A DNA stretch of 64,000 nt, from the NCBI GenBank assembly GCA_037447115.1, contig JBBIHH010000008.1, positions 34,225-98,224 of the forward strand, in the 5' to 3' direction. Source of the stretch: Acidobacteriota bacterium. GTDB lineage: Bacteria > Acidobacteriota > Polarisedimenticolia > Polarisedimenticolales > JBBIHH01. Both the position numbers and the translations under genes were made by a program. The notes beneath the pieces are model-generated. The model made no database searches, was not told the DNA's origin, and worked only from the letters and a program-made list of their open reading frames with translations. Positions 58,601-64,000 of the stretch are shown here, one piece after another (position 1 is the first letter of the stretch; each line of letters begins with the position of its first letter).

Positions 58601-59844
58601 CGTGTCGAGGCGCGCTGCGGCGGTTCGAGACCGAGAATGGCCCCGTCTTCGAGCTCCGACCCGTGCTCGTAAAGCGCCGCGAGATCGGCGGCACAAGCGG
58701 AGAAGAAACGCACCGTCCGTATCCGCGTGGGCGCCGCGCCGCGGCGCCCTTCCGCCGGAACTTCCCCGAACGCACGGGCCAGAGCGCGCGCCCACGCGCC
58801 TGCAAGCCAGCCGCTCGGCTCGAGGACCGTGACGTCGTGCGCCTGCGCGAGGGCGCGGGCGATCTCTTGCGCCGGCACGGGATCCACGAGCAGCGGCGAG
58901 ACGATCGCCCAGCGCGGGCGCTTGTCCGAGCGCTGCAGCGCGTAGCGGGCGACTTCGGCGGCGGGCCCGAACGCCACGAGCCCATGACGAGATCTTGGCG
59001 ACGCTCGACCCGCGACGGCGGCAAGCGCGCGACCTGTCAGAGAAGCGAATTCGTCGAACCACGACTCCAAGCGTGGCAGGAATTTTTCCCCGGCGAACAG
59101 GCTGCGGGCCGCTTGATGGAGCGCCAGATCTCGCTCGTCCCTCCACGGCGAAAGCGCGACGGGACGTTCAGGGTCGAGCCAAGCGTGCACGACCGCCCGC
59201 TCGCCGCCGAAACCCAGCGCACTTGCGGGCTCGCTCGCGCGCCGTTGAGCCGCAGCCCGGCCGAGGAAGCGCTGGAGCAGCTCCCTTTCGCAGAGGCGCA
59301 CGGTGTGCCCGGGCAAAAGCAAGCAGGATTGCTCGAGGAGGAGCAGCACCGGCCGGAGTGCGTCTTCGGCCAGGCGCCAGCCCGCGACCGTGAGGTCGAG
59401 CGCCTCCTGGAGCTGGCGCGGCTGGAAGCACACCGGCCACGGCGCCCCGTCCACCGGCGCCGGTACGGGATCGGAGGCGGCCCAGGCTGCGTGAACCACG
59501 AGCGAAGCCCGCAGCTCCGCCGCCCGCCGTAGCAGATCCTCCGCGCGCGCCAGCGCGCCTCGCTCGAGGACGACGAGGGTGCGGCGGCCCGCGAGGGCTG
59601 CACCGAGCGCCTGTGCCAGGCGCGCTCTCGCGTCCGGCTGCACGATCGAGCGCACCTCGTCGCCGAAGGCATTGCGGGCCCCTTCCATGCGCTCGGGGGC
59701 CAGTCCGGGCGGCAGCGCCAGCGTGTCCGCGATCCGCACCCCGAGGGCGAGCAGAGCGCGCAAGCCCGTACCGCGCCACTCCTCGCCGGGAAACTCCGGC
59801 GGCGATTGGGACGGGCGCCGGCGCAGCCACGGCCCGAGACTCAT
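55612..59844 (-). CDS. Degenerate pyruvate:ferredoxin oxidoreductase-like protein (1410 aa) with two 4Fe-4S motifs
   Basis: PFOR domain order; CTACGACWVACP and CQACGICAAVCP; ARLAVEARVHPLFTYDP..LSLEGNP; catalytic and TPP motifs not recognisable. Confidence 0.8.
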   Translation of the reverse strand: MSLGPWLRRRPSQSPPEFPGEEWRGTGLRALLALGVRIADTLALPPGLAPERMEGARNAFGDEVRSIVQPDARARLAQALGAALAGRRTLVVLERGALARAEDLLRRAAELRASLVVHAAWAASDPVPAPVDGAPWPVCFQPRQLQEALDLTVAGWRLAEDALRPVLLLLEQSCLLLPGHTVRLCERELLQRFLGRAAAQRRASEPASALGFGGERAVVHAWLDPERPVALSPWRDERDLALHQAARSLFAGEKFLPRLESWFDEFASLTGRALAAVAGRASPRSRHGLVAFGPAAEVARYALQRSDKRPRWAIVSPLLVDPVPAQEIARALAQAHDVTVLEPSGWLAGAWARALARAFGEVPAEGRRGAAPTRIRTVRFFSACAADLAALYEHGSELEDGAILGLEPPQRASTRFPKRQVLLQETARLRPDWERAVLAGRDVPKLPEGARAVAVALRHPGPPESVAAELARLVEDAVGPFLHGRVVEIEPGLWWLCQVGAAKPLAHPGEDVPPEAVCLEPGTARLLGRRLEELAAAGAVVLCGAEGPGRLVAHAPGLGKWKTTGDTPLAAVARWLRQGPEAFADIPAPAQPPPADSFEPSPPPAPVRRLASTARTYDSLARFWGEREEPRQEGERVERAPDPFLALPAVPALSAALAARPAPLDQLPALNAQRCTACGACWVACPDSAIVASAAKTDALLRAALDEVVSAGGLQDDPAVGQLGRALQPWAQRLDGTLGKAGERAWNAEAARQALAWVAERVGADDAARARMRELGEAAIEKLRDLTLVASEAFFHEPRRAARGSGEWIAFALDEGHCQACGICAAVCPEKAIALEDATPEGRRRARRAWRLWQSLPETSDATISAAMEQERLDGLSALMLSRTCALALPGGGAAEAGSGDRLALRHLVAVAEYERRRALVARAARLEALVERLRRAIRDTLEHALPVEDLERLHEALAEGPGSSLGSLIARVEAEGVAAAVDTTRLRRWVGLARAAERQLRAIRQGAAGVGRAPFGLVVAGDEVARWALRFPANPFGVPVVAADAAQACDLALGLAHAWTEAYLREARLFRRASLWCEIPADLAARERALRQLAWSDLDAEERAACPLVVVVADAAELSEQALSSFARLLRSDLPVKLLLLDGLDLARDTDPVLTALALRRAFVAATSIAHPNHAFRALSEALRFDGPALVQVYAPRPRAHGFAPADTVERARLAVEARVHPLFTYDPRREGVFGKRLSLEGNPAPEQLWSLREDGEPVTPVHWAAGEARYADAFQTPAAQGSPSFAEWLSSSPGARGEVPVPPSGPSGDRLALGGFLSQAVRERLARWQLLQEWAGSVTPFTAAVRRQVAQELRARHEGELEALRREYEAKLAAQLAQEQTRHVQRLRERLLELARRAIPPGTRGTQR

Positions 59845-60677
59845 TCGACCAGCTCCTCCACGGGCCTGTCCTCGAACTGCCGGCCCTCGATCCACCGAAT
59901 CGCCCCCGTGGGGCAGCGATAGGTGCACGTCTCGTCCACGCGCTTCGGGTCGAGGATCACGGGCAGGTTGTCGCGCATCTCGATCGCTCCGGGGGGCGCG
60001 TCCAGGGCGCAGCGGCCGCAGGCATCGCAGGCGACACGGCACAGGGCGCGGATCGCCTCGCCCGCGAGCGGCGCGCGGCACTGCACGATGAGCTTGTGCG
60101 AGATCGGCTCCAGCGTGAACAGCTCCAGCGGGCAGGCTTCGACGCAATCGCCGCAGGCCGTGCATTTCTCTGGCTCCACCACGGGCAGCTCTTGCTCGTT
60201 CATCCAGATGGCGTCGAAGGTACAGGCACGCTCGCAATCTCCGAAGCCCAGACATCCCCAGGGGCACGCCCGCTCCCCCGCGTTGACCCAATAGGCGGCC
60301 CGGCAGGAGCGCGGCCCGCTGTAGTCGGCCAGGCGCCGCACCGCCGACTTGCCTCCCGCGCAGTGAAGCCGGGCGACCCGTTTTTCCTCGAGGCCCGCCT
60401 CGACCCCGAGAAACTTGGCGATCGCCTGGACCGCCGAGGCCGGACTGACGGTGCACTTGCCTGGAGCGGTGCGGCCTGCCACGAGCGCTTCGGCGAAGCT
60501 GCGGCAACCCGGCTCGCCGCAGGCCCCGCAGTTCGTGCCGGGAAGGAGGCGTTCCACCGCTTCGATGCGCGGGTCCTCCTCGACCCGCAGGTAGCGGTGC
60601 GCCACCGCCAGGACGGCACCGAAGAAAAAGGCGATACCGCCGAGGACGCCGCTCGCCAGAACCAATGCGTTCACCAT
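59841..60677 (-). CDS. rnfB: Rnf electron transport complex subunit B
   Basis: LPGTNCGACGEPGC, CPWGCLGFGDCERAC, CTACGDCVEACP, CDACGRC, CPTGAI. Confidence 0.95.
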   Translation of the reverse strand: MVNALVLASGVLGGIAFFFGAVLAVAHRYLRVEEDPRIEAVERLLPGTNCGACGEPGCRSFAEALVAGRTAPGKCTVSPASAVQAIAKFLGVEAGLEEKRVARLHCAGGKSAVRRLADYSGPRSCRAAYWVNAGERACPWGCLGFGDCERACTFDAIWMNEQELPVVEPEKCTACGDCVEACPLELFTLEPISHKLIVQCRAPLAGEAIRALCRVACDACGRCALDAPPGAIEMRDNLPVILDPKRVDETCTYRCPTGAIRWIEGRQFEDRPVEELVE

Positions 60678-60702
60678 GGCCGGCCGTCCCGCACCTTGCG
60701 TC

Positions 60703-63700
60703 TCAAGCGAACTTCTTGGCGCGCTCGATCAGTTCCGGCGTCACCGTGGGATCGTCGGGCCGCGGCGCGCCGGGATGGATGCAGCGGGCGGGGCACTTCT
60801 CCGCCGCCCGCACCAGTTCCTCGAAGGTCCCTGCCGTGGGATCGGCGATCGTGGCCTGCTTGTTTTCGTTGTAGCGGAACATGCGGGCGTTGATGTGGAT
60901 GCAATCGTCGCACGAGGTGCAGAGGGCCGAGTCGATGTAGGGCACCGCGAGCAGGATCTCTTCGATTGCCTCCGCTCCTGCCGCCGGTTCCGCGGGCGGC
61001 GCCTGTGCGGCGGCCGGAGGAACCTCGACGGGCGCGACGGGCGCAACGCCCGGCGCGGGCGTTGCGGATGCTGGGGGAAGCTCCGTGCTCCACAGAGCCT
61101 GCAGGAGCCGTTCCGCCGCTTCCTCCGCCGCCCTCTCGCGCACCTGCGCCAGCTCCCGGGCGTGTCGCTCCTCGAGGGCGCGGCGCTCCAGCTCGGCCTG
61201 GGCCAAGGTTTCCGCGCGGGCCCGCTCGGCTGCCCGCTTCGCGTAGGCGTTGTCGGTCCCGGCGAGCTCCTGGAACACCTTCCACGCGCGCCCGCGATCG
61301 AGCGTGGCCCAGGCGAGCGCGCGGCTGACGACAGCACGCGCGAGACGGCCCTCGCCATCGAGGACCCAGATGTAGGGCACCCGGTTGCGCCGGACCTCGC
61401 GCGGCGCGTCCAGGTACTCGGCGAGCGGCACTTGACGCTCCGACCAGGCCTCGACCGGGATCACCCGGAAGTGGGGACGGAACTCCGGGTCCAGCGCCAC
61501 CGCGTGGGCGAACGTGAACGCCTCCTCCAGCACTCGCTCGCTTCCGTCGGCCTCGCTGTACGGAATAGAACCTGTGGGCCAGGGGCGTTCGATCTCCGGA
61601 TTGCGCTCGAGCGCGAAGCGCTCGGCCCAACTTTCGCCCGCTTGGGGATCGTAGAGAAAGTAAACGGCGGCGCGGCCGCGATGCGCCGCGCTCAGCTCCC
61701 GCCACTGGGCGAGCGGCGTCGCCTGGCGCGGCTCGAACACCACCGCCACCGCCGGGCACGTCGCCGCCACGAGCCGCCCGAGGCCCTGCACGAGACCTTC
61801 CACATCGTCCAGCCCCGTGGACAACACGAACGCTTCGCGGTGTGCCACCGCGAGATAACCCAGACCCGGGTCGCAACTCGCGAGGGCTTCCCAGCTCGGG
61901 CGAGGGGCGCGACCGAGCACCGGCTCGAGCGCGAGAACCTGCACCGGCCGACCCGAACGCAGGAGCGCGGAAAGCGCATCGAGCCCTCCCTCGATCCATT
62001 CCTGCGCTTGGGCGACGACTGCGACCCGCGGCAGCAGGGCCATCTCGTCGCGGCTGAAGAACGGGCCGCCGAAGGGGGCCAGCACCGGACCGTGCACGGC
62101 CCCCTCGAAGCGTCCGGCGACTTCCAGTTCGGCGATCCGTGCCGCGCGCAAGACCCTACCCCACGCTTCCGCATGTCCGTCGAAAACCCCCGCGGCGGCG
62201 CGCACAGGATCGGCGTGCGTGAGCCACACGCACCCCGGGGGCAGGCCCTGGAGACCGCCGTCCCGGGCGACGAACAGCACGCAGGGCCACGCGCTGTGCG
62301 CTTCGAGAAAACTCCGGAGCGTCTCGCAGGCATCGAGCATGCGGGCCCGGCGCGCGGCAGGCATCGGCCGGACGCCCCGCTCGGGTAGCCGGCCGGACAG
62401 CACGCGCGGGTCGAGCCAGGCGGAACCCGGCGCACCCAACTGCCGCGCGATCGCTTCGGGAGAGCGAAGCTCCGCCGCGCGGGCCGCTGGCGTGCGCAGC
62501 AGATCTTCCACGCGGTGCAGCAGGCGGCTCACCCTGGCGGCGAACTCCCGCCGGCGCGCGGCCACCGTGTCGCGGGCCAAAGTCGCGTAGGCCGCGAGGG
62601 CCGCGTCGCGACCGAGGGGCAGCACCCTGGAGGAGGCTGGAAGAGAGGCCGCGAGACGGCGGAGCACGTCCCGCACCTTCCCCTCGGCGGCGGCGCTGAG
62701 GTCGAGCCCACCGAGAAAAACTTCGAATGCGCGAGGCAGAAGCCGGGAGAGCTGGGCGGAAGCGGAGGCCTCCTTCTCGCCCAGGACGAGGCTCTCGACG
62801 GCATGGCACAGACGCCACAGGTGCTCCCTCAGGATCGCGCCTCCCTCACCCGCGTCGCCGAAAGCGTCCAGCTCACGCGCCAACGCCGCGGCCAGGGGCT
62901 CGGGAGCGCGGCCCTCCTGGAAGAGCAAGGGGTAGTTCAACCAGCGCCCCCGGGGATCCTCGAGGGCGCTCATGAGGGCCGGGCGCAGCGCCGACGCCTG
63001 GCAAGGCTCGGCATCCCAAGCTGCCCCCTCGCCTGTCAGGTGCCAGAGGCGCAACGGCACTTCCCATTCGCCGGCCCGCTGGCCGGCGTCGCGAGAAAGT
63101 GCCGGTGGCGACGGCTGCGCTGCGGGGGCCGCGGCCGCTGCCTCCGGGGGCGCGAGCGGCTCGAGCGCCTCGGCGCCTTCGCGCAACGCGTCCGCGAGGG
63201 GGCTTTCAGCGATCAGCGCGGTGAATGGCTCCGAGCTGTCCGCGCCGAGAGCCCCAGCGAACGACGGATGGCTCGCCAGGAGCGCGCCGACGATGCGCGC
63301 GGCGCACCGGGCCTCTTCCTGCGGCCGCGCTCCATGGTCCGAGGGCCGCACCCAGTAGGCGACGCAACCCCGGGCTCGGACCGCATCGCTCAAGCGCGAA
63401 TGGAGGTTCGCCGCCAGATCGTCCCGCCCGACCCCCGCGTCGGCCAGCACCACCAGGCTTCCGCCCTCCCGCAACTCGGCTGCGGCGACCCGGAGGAGGG
63501 CAAGATCTCCGGCGACCAGGACGGCGTCGAGCGGTGCGGCGTGCGCGGCTTCCACCTCGGCGCTTCGCACCGCGAGCGTCGCGAGACGTCCCCCGGCAGC
63601 CGGGAAATAATCGAACTCGAACGCTTGCACGCGCGCCAACTCCCGTGCCAGAAGACGCAGCACGCGCTCGGCCCAGGAGGACACGGGGGCGGCCACGCCC

Positions 63701-64000
63701 ACGCGCAGCGCCTGCCCGGCCGCACGCGGCGTTTCTTCGAAGCGGATCTCGGGCGCGCCGAACCGCTGCGCCGCGGCGCGTGCGATGGACCGCGGGTCGC
63801 CGCAGGGAACGGACCCGCGCACCCCCGGCAACGCCAGCCAGCGGTGAAGGCCGTTCGCAGAAGCCGCCGGGGGTTCGACGAAGACGACCTCGCGCCGCTC
63901 GAGCCGCGCCGCCAACTCCCGCCGTGGCAGCGGTTCGACCAGGGCCACGCCGAGGGCGGCCGAGCGCAGGCCCGCCTCCCGCAGGAGAGCCGCGGCGCGC
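60703..64000 (-). CDS. Large PFOR-related protein with C-terminal ferredoxin (5' end outside window)
   Basis: Frame open to window edge; PFOR domain II/III-like N-terminal part; YFLYDPQAG..LERNP, FTFA; C-terminal CTSCDDC..AEKCPARCIHPG. Confidence 0.8.
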   Translation of the reverse strand, partial: RAAALLREAGLRSAALGVALVEPLPRRELAARLERREVVFVEPPAASANGLHRWLALPGVRGSVPCGDPRSIARAAAQRFGAPEIRFEETPRAAGQALRVGVAAPVSSWAERVLRLLARELARVQAFEFDYFPAAGGRLATLAVRSAEVEAAHAAPLDAVLVAGDLALLRVAAAELREGGSLVVLADAGVGRDDLAANLHSRLSDAVRARGCVAYWVRPSDHGARPQEEARCAARIVGALLASHPSFAGALGADSSEPFTALIAESPLADALREGAEALEPLAPPEAAAAAPAAQPSPPALSRDAGQRAGEWEVPLRLWHLTGEGAAWDAEPCQASALRPALMSALEDPRGRWLNYPLLFQEGRAPEPLAAALARELDAFGDAGEGGAILREHLWRLCHAVESLVLGEKEASASAQLSRLLPRAFEVFLGGLDLSAAAEGKVRDVLRRLAASLPASSRVLPLGRDAALAAYATLARDTVAARRREFAARVSRLLHRVEDLLRTPAARAAELRSPEAIARQLGAPGSAWLDPRVLSGRLPERGVRPMPAARRARMLDACETLRSFLEAHSAWPCVLFVARDGGLQGLPPGCVWLTHADPVRAAAGVFDGHAEAWGRVLRAARIAELEVAGRFEGAVHGPVLAPFGGPFFSRDEMALLPRVAVVAQAQEWIEGGLDALSALLRSGRPVQVLALEPVLGRAPRPSWEALASCDPGLGYLAVAHREAFVLSTGLDDVEGLVQGLGRLVAATCPAVAVVFEPRQATPLAQWRELSAAHRGRAAVYFLYDPQAGESWAERFALERNPEIERPWPTGSIPYSEADGSERVLEEAFTFAHAVALDPEFRPHFRVIPVEAWSERQVPLAEYLDAPREVRRNRVPYIWVLDGEGRLARAVVSRALAWATLDRGRAWKVFQELAGTDNAYAKRAAERARAETLAQAELERRALEERHARELAQVRERAAEEAAERLLQALWSTELPPASATPAPGVAPVAPVEVPPAAAQAPPAEPAAGAEAIEEILLAVPYIDSALCTSCDDCIHINARMFRYNENKQATIADPTAGTFEELVRAAEKCPARCIHPGAPRPDDPTVTPELIERAKKFA

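Noticed and set aside
1..64000. Many long overlapping ORFs (e.g. 7483-12465 -, 33392-36667 +, 29628-32597 +, 24044-26713 -)
   Set aside because: Antisense or alternate-frame shadows of real genes, expected at this GC content; Arg/Ala/Pro-rich with no motifs
1..64000. tRNA (including tRNA-Sec), rRNA, CRISPR array, selA/selB/selD, transposase or integrase
   Set aside because: None recognisable by eye; the Sec machinery would have to be elsewhere in the genome

Overview
A very GC-rich bacterial window, densely coding, with no rRNA, tRNA, CRISPR array or intact mobile element that I can recognise. The gene content (tricorn protease, ASPIC/UnbV proteins, multiheme cytochromes, paired RND permeases) suggests a diderm such as Acidobacteriota; this is inference only. 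Bases 1-44 kb hold mixed housekeeping and envelope genes: S1/P1 nuclease, bactofilin, an atypical ClpX-like ATPase, Ogt, rhomboid and SDH proteases, an octaheme cytochrome, rtcB-COG0523-archease, tricorn, rpiA, a heterodimeric ABC exporter, an S9 peptidase, an RND system, FTCD, DUF429 and two gene relics. The most striking part is 45-64 kb. The ORF track splits two genes at in-frame TGA codons that sit where Cys is expected and are followed by SECIS-like hairpins. One is an exported HMA/CopZ-like protein with both metal-binding Cys replaced (GMT-U-PL-U), ending a porin-NHL-HMA operon. The other is an exported protein with an MM-U-GCP motif. They lie beside a pentaheme cytochrome, a MOSC protein and an rnfB-[PFOR-like]-rnfCDGEA operon whose two very large PFOR-like proteins appear catalytically dead but keep their ferredoxin clusters. 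Also notable are a (TCGC)6 tract that puts the best ATG of a secreted-protein gene out of frame, and a COG0523 GTPase inserted between rtcB and archease. All family calls come from motif recognition, not database searches.
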